From: Perkinsus chesapeaki ATCC PRA-425
Taxonomy: Eukaryota; Protista; Perkinsozoa
Direction of reading: 5' to 3'
NCBI GenBank assembly: GCA_013115145.1
Contig: JAAPAO010000217.1
Span: 1-51,688 of the forward strand
Length of the DNA: 51,688 nt
Shown: in pieces, positions 35,346-49,600 of the stretch
How the letters are laid out: each line of letters opens with the position of its first letter
Numbering within the stretch: position 1 is the stretch's first letter
Translations under genes and position numbers: made by a program
Notes under the pieces: generated by a model
Seen by the model: the letters and a program-made list of their open reading frames with translations, nothing else
What the model was told of the DNA's origin: nothing
The model's database searches: none

Positions 35346-36030
35346 ATGAGCATTCCGTATGAAAGATTACCCTCTAACGTGGAGAAGCTCATAAGAGGAA
35401 AGATGTGAGTGGGTTTCAGAGATCGTTGGAAGCAAGTGTATGAGACTCTTGCTGAAGTTTGGTGTGGAAACAATAATCATCCTATTCAAAATATCACTTC
35501 CGATCAGACTGGACGGTGTTCTGGGGTTCTCTTTTATCCGCCTCTTCCCTTAGGCCTCGTTTCGTGTTTATTTTGTCTCTGTTATGACCTGCTCTCATTG
35601 AGAGCAAGATAATATCATTATTGAGAGCCTCTCAATGATGATATTATTTTAGTTAGGCGCAAGAAGGGCGGGGTGCTTGGCTACATTTCGTATGTAAGTG
35701 AATAGTAACTGCTTTATCCCTGTAAAAGTGTGAATGGCCCTCTTGCGACTGGCGACGCTTCCCATAGCGCTCACAGGTTTACGTGAAGACAGACTATCGC
35801 AAACGTGGAATCGCCAGTGGACTTTTAAATGGCAGCTTCCAGCTGGTAGGCTCGACACCTCCTCCTTGTTAATAATAATAATAGCAATACCTCCTTCTTC
35901 AGCTCGCAGTAGCTATTCCTAACTTCGGAGCTATCTCCCTGCTGGTGGCCAATAACAATGTAGCTGCTGTTGCTTTATACAAAAAATTGGGCTTCGTTGT
36001 TATCATTGGTAAGCTTGGACCACTGATCTG
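35346..36030 (+). CDS. GNAT-family N-acetyltransferase (ends approximate)
   Basis: Motif A VYVKTDYRKRGIASGLL (exon from 35777) and motif B ISLLVANNNVAAVALYKKLGF. Confidence 0.8.
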
Positions 36031-38897
36031 GTATATTCTGGCTCAACCCAGATGATCACTGCCGGGAATTCTAGTACTTCGAATTTAGTGGAGCCCATCT
36101 TTCTTTCAGATGCGGGCCAATACAGTTACTTTGCTCGCTATCCTTCTCGATGAGGAGTGCTTCTTCGCATCGGTGATAGATTTTTTTGTTGAGAGCAGCA
36201 CAGCTTATAGGTCTATGTCAATATCTCTTTCGATCAACAGTTTAGTCCAGGTTAGTGCCGAGCGGTCCTTCTCGCCGCGAGGTATGTCCTTCGTAGAGAC
36301 GCCGACACCGATCATCGCACTGTCTCTGCACTTGATTAACATGAATCGTGTTCGAGTGCCTTCTGCTGCAGCCTTTGAGTGTCGTATGCTCGGGAAGCAC
36401 TGGAGTGATTGCTGTGGCGAACCAGTCTTGTCGGATAGTTGCTGCATCAGCTCGACGCCTTTGGTTGAGTGCCATCAATGAAGATACATAGCCACCCTAA
36501 GGGTAGAGTAATCGAGCCGCGACTGTTAACGTAGCTGTTGAATTTTATTGTAATCGCTGCCACTTGAGCAGCAAGCTGGAATTTCCAGCCCGTCAAGAGA
36601 TAACAGGGTCATTGAGTGCAAGCATGCACTCTGGTGTATTTAGGGTACTCGGCGCTTGGATGTCCTGAAGTTCATAATTCCAATAATTTGGTTGCCGCCC
36701 CCATCGTTCCATAAATGACACAGCTGAGACCACACACGGCGAATATGAACATTTCGTCCAAGTCTCCAGAAGTCAGTGACGCAACAACCAAGAGACCTGA
36801 AACGGCGGCTGCTCAATATCATCCAAGTACGCAGAGCGGTAAAGGCTTCCGAGAAGGTGACCCTGCTCTCCTTCAAGGGCGATGTTACGCGTATACACAT
36901 GGTGCACCTGGTAGGGGGGGTGCTGCTTCACTAGAGATGCCGTATTATGTCGCAGTGGTTATGTGGCGCCGTGAGGAGCCTTGTTACATTTTTGTAATAC
37001 TTTCTCATGTGGAATCCTAACTTGAAGAAATTCTGATAACTGAATATTTGATTTCTCAAGAGCTTATTTTAATTTCTGTTTCCCGGGGTTTTCCGAGGCA
37101 AGATCTCTGCAGAAATTATCTCCCGCACTTCCTTCAGGCCGTGATAAGGGTTCCAACAGGCTGCTTTCGCGTGCTGGGCTGCGGAGCGCGCCTTTGCTGA
37201 CGGAGCTCCCCAGCGAGGTGAGACTACGGCGTAGTCACCATGTTATTCGATTTCAGACGCGCCGGGCAAGAATATCTCCCGCCTGATTTTCGGGCTCTGT
37301 GGGCGTCTCCTATCAGGACATCTTTCAGGCACCAGTCGCAGCGAAAGCACGACCACTGTCGGCTGCATCACATCCTCATCCGCTGGTCTCTGCTAGCAAT
37401 CGAATGATTAGTCAGAGCATGGAGGCACTCTCGCAGTTGGATCACATGAAAGTATGTACACTTGCCTAGCTGGCAAGTAGCCCAGGTCGTCTATTGTTGA
37501 AGGAGACTCGCTAAAATCGTACCTCCACACCGGAGGGAAACCGAAGCTGGGTCTCTGTGGTCTGGCTCAACAGTACTGCGCTTTGCTCCAACTGGAGCCG
37601 GGTGGGCTTTACAGCATTGATTATAGTATTTCGAAACATGAGGCCATGGCATTTCGTGGTTCATCTGGCGACTCTGCTCGTTGGCTCTTCAAAGGTGAAC
37701 CAAGAACTTGTCGTCCGACTTCGAATCACTGAGTGATTATCGTAAGTGCCGGGAAGTTTCCGAAAATTCGTGGAAGGGGAGTGAATTGTTCCAGGCGAGC
37801 AAAAGATGTACTTTCCAACTGTACCATATCGTACCGCTTCGACCTTGTTTAAAACGCACATTCGCTGGTTGGTGATGGCTTACTGGTGACGCGTTGCCAG
37901 GTCCGAAGTGGCGAATCGAGGGCGCGTGAAAGGATAACAGCTGCTGACGGCGACATCTGTATGACGAATGATCTTTATAAGGAGCTTTTGCAGGGGCTGG
38001 CACGACGGAAGAGTAAGGAGGGCCCGTTAGCGCTTTCTATAACGCGAAGACTTTTCATGTTCACACGGTAAACTTTACAGTACAGTATTGAGACTCGAAA
38101 ATCCGGAACCCGAGGATGGATGATGTCAGGATGAAAGCTGCTGACCATGAAATGATAGTGTCCGTGGCGGTCAGAGTGCGTGCACTTTACGTACAGTGCA
38201 GCTTCCATCATACTCTAGGATACTGGTTATAAGATATATCTTATGTCATTGACCAAGGCAACTTCATATCCGTCAACCGGACTCCACATCGTATTAACCA
38301 CAATCACAACTGTGTTACAGTGACCACCATCTCCAGTGGTTCAACTGGAACTAGTGAATAACATAACTGTTGCAATGACGAGCAATAACTTTCACAGCTG
38401 CTTGGCAATCTCCCGAGCACACGCTGATCTGGTATGGCATCCTGTGAATATTTTATTTCATCCAGTGAGGTGGACTCCACTTCTTACTCCAATAGAGCTT
38501 CCGTTGGAGTGTTAGATACCACCACAAGCACACGCGGATCCCTACCAAAGCGATCTACTATCCAAGAGGGTATAAAGTGAGGCTATCGAGCGTTCCGATG
38601 CGAGCTCGCAACAGTCAGCCATCAACCCATTCAGAATGCCCTCGAATCCTCCAAACAAAGTGCTGGGAGCGACCAAGGTATCTCTCACACGGTGAGTAGA
38701 TTTGCTTGCCCGATCTTGCAACAACGAAAATTACAATGAGCCCAGTCGTGAGTTAATGTTAGCACCCTGCGTCATCCTAACGATCGATCGATCGAGATTC
38801 TCGATCGTGTTGATATGTGGTTCAGTGGAGGGAAAAAGTAGTCGACGTTTCGCTCCCATAACTCCCCACCCCACAGGGAGCGAAACTTGACCGAATA

Positions 38898-41800
38898 GTG
38901 CTTCGTGGATTCAGTCGCCGGTCATCCGTCCCGCTTTCCGATGAACAGAAAACCGTACCACGAATTGGAAGTGCATTTAACAGACGGATACTTTCGGAGG
39001 AATACGAAAGAAGTGAGGATTCTATTGCTTCGGTTCGGGAGCTTTTGATTGCACAGCGAAGAATCGTGGACAGATCGCTCGAATGCTCAGATGCGAGTCT
39101 GAATGATACGAAAATTCTCCGAACTTTCACGTTCTTCGATGACTCCCTTTTCCACTCCACGTCAGACATAAATGCAAAGGCCGGTCAAGCGCAGACTAAG
39201 TACATGCGAGCTGTACGCTCGGGACCACGGCTTGGGAATACAGAGGTTGATGAAGAGAAACGTCGATATGATATTTTAACAAAACAACGCAAAAGTGAAG
39301 TGGGATGCTTCCCGTGGTGGTCGACCTTTGAAATGCTTCATTAGATGAAGTTCCGGAAGGGAACACTTGAGCGGTTGGTCCGCAGCCTCTCGAAGGCCAA
39401 AGAGACGAAAGCAGCGGTGCTGGCGAGAGGGGTAGCTTGGAGCAAAAGAGTAGAGTCGATGGCTAACCTGCGGCAGGGGAAGAGGCCAAACGAGTGAGGG
39501 ACGATCACCGTGTGCTTGCGAAGCCTGTACAAACTGGACTGAATTTGCTGAGCAATACGCGTTCTCCGATAAAGCACCTTGCTCTGAGCAAATCTTGCTC
39601 TACTCGGGGAGTAGCTCATCGTTCACCTGAAGTGGAATGAAGGATGAGTCGGCGTTGGCGGCATTATAGAACTCCTATCCTCCAATTGAAAGATTTCTCC
39701 TCCGTAACTTTCTTGACGGTTCCGGAAGTAAATGTAGAGTAACACGTTTGCTTCCAGAGATCTGAGGGAATCATTTGTTATGCGCGACCTTGACAGGAAG
39801 CATTGGATACTCGCTTTAAGTACAGCGGGTATGTGCGCCGAGATATTGAAGATCTTAGTAGGTCGGAGACTCGGCTCCTCCAAAGACTTTGAGGATAACC
39901 GTCATCGTATTCTTGCTTAAGATAAGCCAGCGACGATCAGAGCTGGTAGCCCTAGAAGTTTCCGACTGCGAAATCTCCAAGGCGATCATAGGAGAGAATT
40001 TGCCACATGGAACCGGGAGAGACATAGAGGATGCACTTGGCGAGTGTAGGCCATCTTTTCATGGTAACTGACGGATGCCTCACTTTATAGTGCATCTGAG
40101 AGACCTAGTAGAAGTACTCAACACGGTTACAAAGCTGAGAGACGAGAAGTTAGTTCGCAAAGAGGACTCGCCAGAATTCCCTGCATGGAGGCCGTACAAT
40201 ATCACGGTAATTGCTACGTCGGACGACGGAGGCGGAAAATGTCCAAGCATCAACGCGGCTCGTTGAAGAGTCGTCAACTGTAGAGACGCAAACGGGTTAC
40301 TAATGTCAGTATCGCTTTTGCTGGTTCTACGGCCGGATATTGTGGCTTCCAGTGTAACGTGTATGCAATCCCAACAGCTATTCTGCGCAATAGATTTTGT
40401 ACTGCAAGAACTTTCTAAGGAAAGCTGTGTTGAAGATTGGGTGGCCTTTTCCCAGACAATCTGCGTCCTGTTCTATTGTCGACTCAAGTATAGAGCAAGA
40501 CGCCGAACTAGAGCCGCCGAGGTGATACAGTCCTTCTTCGAAATTGTCAAACCAGGAAGCAGGTAGGGCTCCTTACGTGTGCGAAGTCACTGTTGCTACT
40601 TTATGATCTATCGAACTCCAGTACACTAGGCGAGTCATTTTCTGAACGTGCCATGCGATTATAGGATTGTTAGAAAATTGGATCACCAATCTTCCCAGAG
40701 TACATACTTGCGGCTCGTCATGCTCATGCACCTTCGTATTACTCTTTTCAAGACAACAACTTTCTTTTCGACTCAGAATCCGTGACAGCATACATAAGTT
40801 TTTGAGCTGTGCTCGTCTTCTACAAGATTGGCTAAAGAAGTGGATTACACACAGGTGAAAAGCAACGACAATTTCCATGATACACCCGTGCCTGAACAGA
40901 CGCCAATGTCATTGCGAAATCTCCACAAGATGGTTAAAATTGGAACGCTGTATGATAAAGGAAAGATGGATGGTCGAGCATTCCGAGTGAGTCTCAGATC
41001 ATGGGACGATCACTTGGATGCATCTTCGGCGAGGATGCCTCGCCTCTGCTTACATGGTATGAGATATCACCCGACATGTAGGAAAATCGCCAGAGAAGAA
41101 GCTCGGTTAAGCAAGATGACCATGATTGGGCAGCAAGTTGACCTCATTGAGCTGAGGGAGCTCGACCGGGCCCGAAAGGCGTATGAATCAATTATGAAGC
41201 CAACAAGTGAGATAAGTTCTTCGGCTTTGTACTTTGGACATGTATCGTTCCTAAGTTTATAATACGTATAGACGACCAGCATCAGAGGTTGTTCTAGTTG
41301 ATGTGTCTGTCCCCCTGGTTTTTATACTTTGCTTTGCGGCCTGTGGACTGCATGACTGGTCGAGCTCGTCAGGCAAGAGCCTTTCGAGAATATCGTTCAA
41401 GTGCGGATCTCAACGATCGCTCTGTATTGTCAGGCGACAGCGAGAGGAGAGTGCAAATGCGAGTGATGCAAAAGTAAGGCACCTCCTACTTGCTATCAGC
41501 TTTATTCATGCTTAATGAATATTGTTCGTATGGAGGTACGGTGGAGGTTGCAATTTTTGAACCACCATCTATACATAGCACATGTACGATACAGTACAAT
41601 ATTACATGTACGATACACTACAATATTACATGTATGATACAGTACAATATTACATGTACGCTACAGTACAATATTACATGTATGATACACTACAATATTA
41701 CATGTACGATACAGTACAATATTACATGTACGATACAGTACAATATTACACGTAGGATACAGTACAATCATAGTATAGTACAATACAAATATAATATTAC

Positions 41801-42106
41801 AGTTTGTATCCTACTGCGATACTATATGTATCCTATGAGGAAGTATCCTATCTGAAAGATACAGCTGTTGAAATTCGTTGTCCATTCACAAACCTAATAG
41901 ATAGGAATATTCTTATCAGAGAAATGATACCGCGATGCGTACGGCTCTGTGCTGTGGGCTACATGCAATCCTTCCGAAATAATAAATTGAGGGAAATCAC
42001 GGAGCAGCACGAGAAAGAAGTAATTCAATTCAAACGTGATCTGAAGACTTGGCGAGATGTCGATGAAGCAGTGAAGATGATAAGTCCCGGACAAGGTTTG
42101 TCTTAG
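38898..42106 (+). CDS. Large hypothetical multi-exon protein with an IQ-like motif and coiled segments (may be more than one gene)
   Basis: Series of plus-strand exons with GT-AG junctions; RRRTRAAEVIQSFF near 40500-40540; charged helical C-terminal exon EQHEKEVIQFKRDLKTWR. Confidence 0.45.
41581..41768. repeat. 24-bp minisatellite, 7 full copies plus 1 partial, probably intronic
   Basis: Consensus CATGTACGATACAGTACAATATTA with single-base variants; no spacers. Confidence 0.95.
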
Positions 42107-43731
42107 CCGTATCCTTACTAGAACCTCCGTCCAATTCAGATGGTCGTTTTCCGCCACCAGAATGGCCACCGTTCCCAGATCCCATCGATACTGTTCCTGA
42201 TGGTGTCATCAGGGATGTCATAGCTCGACTTTCTGCAGAGGTAGTTGAGCAACCAATAGCGTGTACTTCATTTACTACCGTGGCGCGAATGCACAGCTGC
42301 ATTTTCGCTCGCCGGGCTGGCGAAGTTATAGTTAATTTATTTCCTATGATATTTCTATAACTTAGCAGCTTCATCTTCACAAGAGTAACAATGCTGTTTG
42401 TATCCGCTACCCATTGGAGCGTAGGCAGCATCCTACTTCCTGTGAGGTTTATGTAACTTGCCTTTTCAAAGAAAGGCAACTATTGTGAGTAGAAAAGTTT
42501 TCTATGTACAAAGACATGAAAATCAAAAGGTTCTTTATGCTACTGACGTTAGATTTGTTCACTTGTGGGCTTGCAATCCTGTGAACAATGTCGGATACAG
42601 TCCGCGAACTAGTTCCAGCAGGAAGAACGCTAACCGACTCAGAACGTTTGTGAATGCGAAATGCGGAAGCGGTTTAGTACGAATTGGTTCTGCACGATTT
42701 TGTTACTTGGAGATTTTTGTCGTTGTGGGTTAGTTGCAGATTCCTATTTCCGGTAGACGCCGCATGAAAGCTTGCCGAGTCTTCTTGTGCAGGTTGGAGG
42801 TTGTGATGTCAGTGGGGAGATGAAAAGGCGAAAACTGCTCGAAGGCATTGTAGATGCCCAAGAACGGTACTGTACTGCTCTGTGATTAGTCGCCCCGGAA
42901 ACCTGCTCAGAAGTGGCGACTGGTTTTGGAAGGATGCAATTCAAAGCCCGTCTGGAAGATATCTTAACTTGCACCCTGCACTTGAGAAGTGATCCATACT
43001 GGCTACGCGCTCGCTCAATAAATGCAGACTCATACGCGTCTGATAGAACATATTATTTGGCTTAACCATGTGAAGTAATCAAACCGTTTTCCAGTACAAT
43101 TTAATTCAGAGTGATCATCGCCATATCAGAGCAAGCAGTAAACAGATCGCCCAACCAGGACTGGCTCAGGAGCTTGCCCACGGTGGCAGGCTCGGATTTT
43201 TAAAGCATGTTGTTCGTAAGGACAAGCACGTGTCTCAGGAAGCGTTGTTTCGTTGGGGACTTGGCTTGTAATCGTTTCTATTACAGTGCGGCGTTCCCTC
43301 TCATTGTGGGCAACGGTACGAGTAGCGCTTCGATATGTGAAACGGCAGCGAACCCGGTAGTCGTGGAAATAACGACTCGCATCAAATGCAAAGCGAACAA
43401 GAGGAGCTCACGCTACACCATCCATCTGACACCGATGTCATACTGTTGTGCCAGTATTGTGCGACTTAAAGCGCCTCTCTTCTTTACCCTCTAACTGGCA
43501 GTCCTGCCAATGCCGCCTGACTAGTCCAGTAGCATGTCAATCGGAATCTTACCTGCAGAGTTGTCCTTCGGAGGGATCGTTCCTTTACGCCAAATGTCAA
43601 TCGTAGAGAATACCGCGGACCTGGTGGCACCGGTTGCTCCTAGTGATTCTGTGCCTGCTAGGGAGTTGAGCACGTAACATCTGCTTTCACCTCGGAGAGA
43701 ATCTCAGTGGGTAGCTACTAGGTTTAAGAAA

Positions 43732-44458
43732 TTGGCTGGCAGTCTGGATGAGGCTTATCACAGCCCGGTGGTGCTTCTCGACTGCTTAGTGGAGCAAGTC
43801 GGTGAGGATATTAAAGGCAAAAGTAAGCAAAGCAACCCCAAAAATAAGAGGATTTTTTCACGGGGATACGTGCCGGAAATGCTACAGTATCCCGCAGGTG
43901 ATGGCTTCTATGAGGCGAAGCAAGTTACTGCTGAGGAATCCGAGAGACTTTCCAGGTGAAGCGAGTTCTGACTGCACCGGGCATTTCATATATTCGTTCA
44001 TTAACTTCTATTGCAGACAATTACACTAGAGAACGTCATTCGAGCCCGGCTTCATTTTCAACACTTATAGTGTACAACTTGGTGAAGTTAACTGTTGGTA
44101 TACCTTGAATTTGATTATCACTTGAGAGTGCCTCATCCGCCATTACCCCAATTTTACAGTGCCTATTCAAGCTAACGAGTGCAGGTATATCGAAAAGCTC
44201 AAGGAGAATTGGGGCATCCCCGAAGAGGAAGAGAAATCGGATACATGTGAATCCGATACCAATCCTTACTGTCATCTGGAAGAGGCAGTTGTGAGCAACG
44301 TCTTCCCAGATTTCCTTGCCTATGGTATCTTTCAGCTTTCCAGCTTGGATGCTGTTGGATGCCGATTCAAAGGCGTGCGTATGTTCGGCCACACCAGTGT
44401 GGCGGGCATAGCCAAAAAAGTATGCAGCCGTGATTCGTATTCTCCTATGTCGTGCTAG
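43732..44458 (+). CDS. Hypothetical protein
   Basis: ORF segments 43732-43959 and 44159-44458 flanked by splice signals. Confidence 0.4.
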
Positions 44459-46369
44459 TGCTATATTTCTTTGTTGAGAGTGAGATTTGGATTTGGGAAT
44501 CCTAAAAGTCGGGATTCCGCAGTGATATTGCCACCTACAAATCTTCATGCCCACAACTCTCAATCTAGCGATTTTAGTTTGAAGCTTAATGAAATTTCCT
44601 CTAAGCAATGCTCTCCGGACATACTGCTCATTTGAGCAGAGTCGGTGAGAGTTTGATTGAATTTATCAGGTCGAGGAGCTCTTCCGTGTTCCTGAATGTC
44701 AACCTGACACCTCAAAAGGCGTTCTGACAGTCAACCAGAGAAGGGCGATGAGAACCAAAATAGTAGGCAACGAATCAAGCTTATTTTCGCGCCAATTTGG
44801 GGAGCCCTTTTTTCTTACTACCGTGTCTAGTGAAGTTATTGTTCTGCCTTCATTCGTTATCTTGCTATTGAATAATGAGATTTATTATACTATAGGATGA
44901 TAGGATGGTAAGACTAGTCAACGTGTTGAACTTCGTCACCGTTCCTTACATTTTACTATGGAGCAAATTAGAAAATAGTCGCTGCTTTATTCCCCATGCG
45001 CTTGCGGCATAATTTCATCGTGCGGAAATCGCCAATACACGGTTTTGGCGGCGTATCCAAGCAATGGTAGATGAAATAGAGGGGAAAGAATCGGAAATAT
45101 CTTGTGAAAACGATAAGAAGAACAGTGTATTAGTTGTTTTATCGGTACAAAGATTGGTTCCGTTTCCCAGAGGGATGGTTTCAGTTCCCGTTCATGCCGA
45201 AGCGCATAAGCCATGCTTCGGTCGAGAGACTCCTCCTCCTCAAGGAATTCGCTCAGCTACTCAGCTCCGTGATGCCGACGAAGGGAAAGAGCGATCCAAA
45301 GGGGAACTGTGAATTGCTGTAAAGTTGCAAGTTTTCGAGACAAGTTCGCGAGCTTGTTACTAGGTCTCTGAGCGACAGACTCGTACATGAAAAGATTCCG
45401 ATGAAGCTTTTGAAACAACGACTTGGTCGTCTTGTATACGGTGGAGGCGCCAGTGAGCCGTTTCTGGCTGTTAAGTACTCGCAACGGTATGATGCAACAC
45501 TCATTGCTGTGTAAGTGACGTACAGGAAATAGTTTAGAGCTTGCACTCGAACGGCTGCTCATTTGTAATGGAAAAAATTAGCGTCCGACGAGATGGCCAT
45601 ATAACTTTCTTTGCTCTATGACGGATTGCTTTCATTATCATCTTGCGTGTGGTCTCCTTTCTCACCTTGAGCATATTGGTAACATGACCAAAGTAATATT
45701 TAAACTGGACACATGTTTACTGAATACAGCTGTATTAATATTATTACCTGCATTATTATACACGGTTAGTGTTATACTTTACAAGTACCACTTGTTCGAT
45801 TGCCTTGCCGCAAAGAGCGTGTGACCTTTTTCAGCTTACCAACTAGTGGGAATAACACCATTTGGAAGATGTCATTCGTTTTGGGTTCACCTCTCACACC
45901 TTCCATGGCTTCCATTGTCGCTTTAAATTCAATGCTTACTGCATAGTCGCCCCGGCGTTCTCTCATAATATTCCTCACTAGTCCGTTTAGTTACTATCCC
46001 ACCCCCCCAGGTAGAATGTGTCAGTATGCCTGGAAGCAACAAGTAGAACTGGGACACCAGGTGAGAGTCCCGGTGCTTAGATACGCTTGTCATTCCTTGG
46101 ATTTCCTGAAGTTGATTAGTCAGATTCATTCCAATAGACTCCTCGACAAGTTGATAGCTCATAGTGTTATCGTAGTTAGTAAATTATAAAGTATAGTATT
46201 ACTTGATTTCTGAGTCGTAATTGCCTCCCGAGTGGAAGGACGCAATCGGTAATTCTCGCCTGTACAAAACTGCCCTATGTTTGTGCAACTAATACGTTAT
46301 GTTCTCATGTATCGTTACATCCAACTCGTTTTCCTTACTCTATGGTAAGCCTTCATTTTACTAGGATAC

Positions 46370-49300
46370 TAAACCTACTGAAGAAAGCGAAACAGCTGGA
46401 GATGGTCAAGGGGAAGCCGAGGCCGATGAGCCAGAAACTGATACGAAAACTGAGGTAAGTTCTTTTCCCGCGCGCCACAAATTCAGAGGCTCTCAGGAAC
46501 CCCGGTATGAAGTCCGGGAGGTATTCGAGAAGTGTTTGGTGCCTTCGGATGGCAGCGTTATTATTTCTAGCAGAATCACTCGTGAGTTTGTTACTAGGCT
46601 TGCTGCTTTGCAATGCCGTTTGTGGCTCAGGCACCGCCCTGTTTGATGAAGCTCCGATTGAAGGTGTAGAGGTGGATGAGGGTGAGTGAGACTTGCTTAT
46701 TTGAATAAATCTTTGAGAACTGGCGTGTGGCGAGTCGTATGAGATTCATAGACTTTCAGCGAGATGCCTTCCTCGAGCGTTCGGAAGTGTTACTCCTGCG
46801 GAGATAGGACGCGAATTCGGTTACAACTTGTAACGGAATTTGCGCCATACGTAACTTATAAGGATGACGTCGAATGGTTATCGAATGCTCTTTCTTGTCA
46901 ATGAGCTTTCACTTGCGTAGATCGAGATCGCTCAGCCTCCCAGTATAGGCTACTCTACAAGGAACCATTTTATTATTCCAGGGGCTTATCAACCTGATAA
47001 GAGCCAGAACGCATTATACAGTAAATGAATCGTATTGAATAATCAAAAAAGGGGACCGCGAGTACTCGAGAAAATATTCTCTTGAACCCGTTCTATTTCA
47101 CGCTTCGCACTTGGCTACCTCAGCAAGTGTGCAGTATGGATTAAGCTATGGGTATAAGCAAGATACTCTGCGTAAAGTATTCAACAGACTTTAGGGAAAG
47201 CTAGTCTAATGTATTACGAGAGAATTGTTATATATAAAATTCTCACAATGCTGCATGTTTGGAATGGTTCATACAGCTTTACTGTATGAGAGTCTTATTG
47301 ACAGGTGCAGATGAGGTGAAGGGTAAAGAAGAAAGCGAGGAGCCTGTTAAGGAGAATGATGGTTTGGAGGAGGCCACCAGGGAAGAGCAGCAATTTCGGA
47401 GGTCTCATTGCTGCACGTTAGTTTAGAGAGGTGTGGTTCAGGCAGCTCGTTTATAGCAGACGAGTGAGCAAGGCTTTTGTGAAGGGATGCACGTTAACTG
47501 CAAACAGGTCGCAGATCTCATGCCTATACGAGGTGACTCAAAAGTTCGTTTGCCTGGAAGCAATTTTTTACCGATGAAGAGAATCTCCCAGTCATGGAGT
47601 CTTCGATAGCCTTGGTGGGCTTGTTTCCTCAGGATGGCTCGCGTGTGTCTGTGGATGCATGTGATGACGGGCAGTTCACCGTTTCATTCTCACCCACTTT
47701 GGCGACTAATGTGAAGCTTCTCCCGGACTGCAGTAAGAGAGAAACATTTTTACAAGAATCGAAACTAATATACAGGGTGTTCCATTGAGTGACATTCGGT
47801 AATTTGCATGTCGAATCGGAACACCCTGCAAAGATGATCCCGCAACAACGTTATTGAAATCCCTTCAAGCCGGGTTTGAATCCCCGAGTCTTGTATCAAC
47901 GATGCTTCTATTCTAAGTAATGTGAAGGCAGAGCTGAGTAAGGTATTTTGCTCAAACTGCGGCAGGCCGTACAGGTCATTAGAAGAGATCTGAACTTCTC
48001 TCTTGTGAACTGGTCTTGTGACACTAATATTCCCCCCGTACTGTCGGAAACTCGCGTATACATGAGCGATAATTGTTCGGATAGATCGGCTCGATGGTGG
48101 GCTTCTTCAGGCGTGAACTTAGAGCCCGCTAGGCCGCCTGGCTATGGTGTACCGACAATGCCCAATGCAAGATGTGGTGATATGACGTGAGAAGAATACG
48201 ATATGTGGACCGGATATCGACACCTAGATTCGACCCTGAGTTGAGGCGACGAATTTTCCCGAAAAGTGGAGTTGTTCTACGAGTATTGGCAAGTGGACGG
48301 AAGGAGGTCATGTATCCGGACGGTGAGTTATAGCGGCAGTGGCCGTGTATATTAAGCTCAGTGTGTGTATCTAGACTTCGAATAGGGATACGTCAATGCT
48401 CGCAATGCGAGGCTAAGCTCAATCGGCCGCGCTATGTCTGCCGGAGTGAGGTCCCGAGTTGGTGCCAATCTGAGGATACGTGTGGCTCTCTATGATCATT
48501 CAGAGTACTTTATTCTTGCAATAATAAGCGCATACTGGCGACCTAAATAGTTCGACCACAAGCAATCTTGGGAATGATGGCTTCGGCAGCGGTTTAACCT
48601 AAAATGCACCAAAAATACACATGCTTGCGGTGCAAAAATTTCTCTGGACTTTGCGAAATTTCTCCTTCTGTCTGTCATCCGCAGTACATATCTGACGCTA
48701 AATCGCACATGTTCTAGCAGTGATTCTAAGAGCTTCACGGAAGGTACATTCAGCTATCGCGACCCGCTTCCCGAAGAGCTGGCTTTCGGTATGAGACTGC
48801 CGGTAGGGTCTCGACCAGGCGAATGGATTGTTGTTAAAGCAAGAACAGGAGCTGTGTCAGATACTGTCTCGAGTAGCGGGGTTCTTGAAGGTTTGCTATT
48901 TCCAGGTACAGGAGATGGAAACGTCCGGTACGACCGCAGGAGAGTACAGTTGATGCGACGAAGGCGGATGTGGATGAAAATGAAGGGGCGGAGGGAAATA
49001 TTGACGAGCATCTGATAAATGAAGAAATGAGAAAGTGAGAAGTGCTCGACGTGTTTCATTATCTCCCCGCCGCCGATTACTACTACTTGATGAGTGTGCT
49101 TAGATAGTTATTAAACCTTATTATACCTTAGATAGTTATTAAACCTTATTATACCTTAGATAGTTATCAAACCTTACTGAACCTTGAATTTTCGTTCTTT
49201 CCTGGAATTCACGGATGTGCTGCGCCTCTGTTTTACAAGTATGCGATGAGGTTACAATCCAGGAACTGGCATCTTCACCGTTCTTCTTGAGATAAATGGA

Positions 49301-49600
49301 GTTCAGAACTTGAAAAGAACAATTGATTCAGAATCGTCATGAGTCGAAACCTTCTCACGCGCCGTTATGCGACAACGGTGGTTTTACCTTTCCGATGTTG
49401 GCATCCATAAATAGATACGAGGATGAGATGCGACACTTGGTCGAGGGAGGCATGTGCGAAGAGAAGCTTGAAACGGTTGAAGGTGAGCAGGATAACCATA
49501 CCGTGTATTTCTCGCTGCTTTCTAATTTTGTCGATCAATTAGTGGCAGAGTTTGCGCTTCTCAGTCCCAACAGCTATACAGACCGATTCAGAGACGGGTT
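46370..49600 (+). CDS. Hypothetical multi-exon protein(s) with acidic low-complexity exons (very approximate)
   Basis: Exons DTKPTEESETAGDGQGEAEADEPETDTKTE, TALFDEAPIEGVEVDE and GADEVKGKEESEEPVKEND bounded by AG/GT. Confidence 0.35.
49099..49176. repeat. 28-bp tandem repeat, about 2.8 copies
   Basis: Unit CTTAGATAGTTATTAAACCTTATTATAC. Confidence 0.92.

Noticed and set aside
41490-41855. ORF with TCTIQYNI repeats, or a CRISPR-like array
   Set aside because: Units are contiguous with no unique spacers, there are no cas genes, and the ORF is a by-product of the 24-bp period.
47866-47890. CCGGGTTTGAATCCCCG T-arm-like string
   Set aside because: It has a T-loop substitution, a stem mismatch and no acceptor strand, and the exon/intron context is unresolved.
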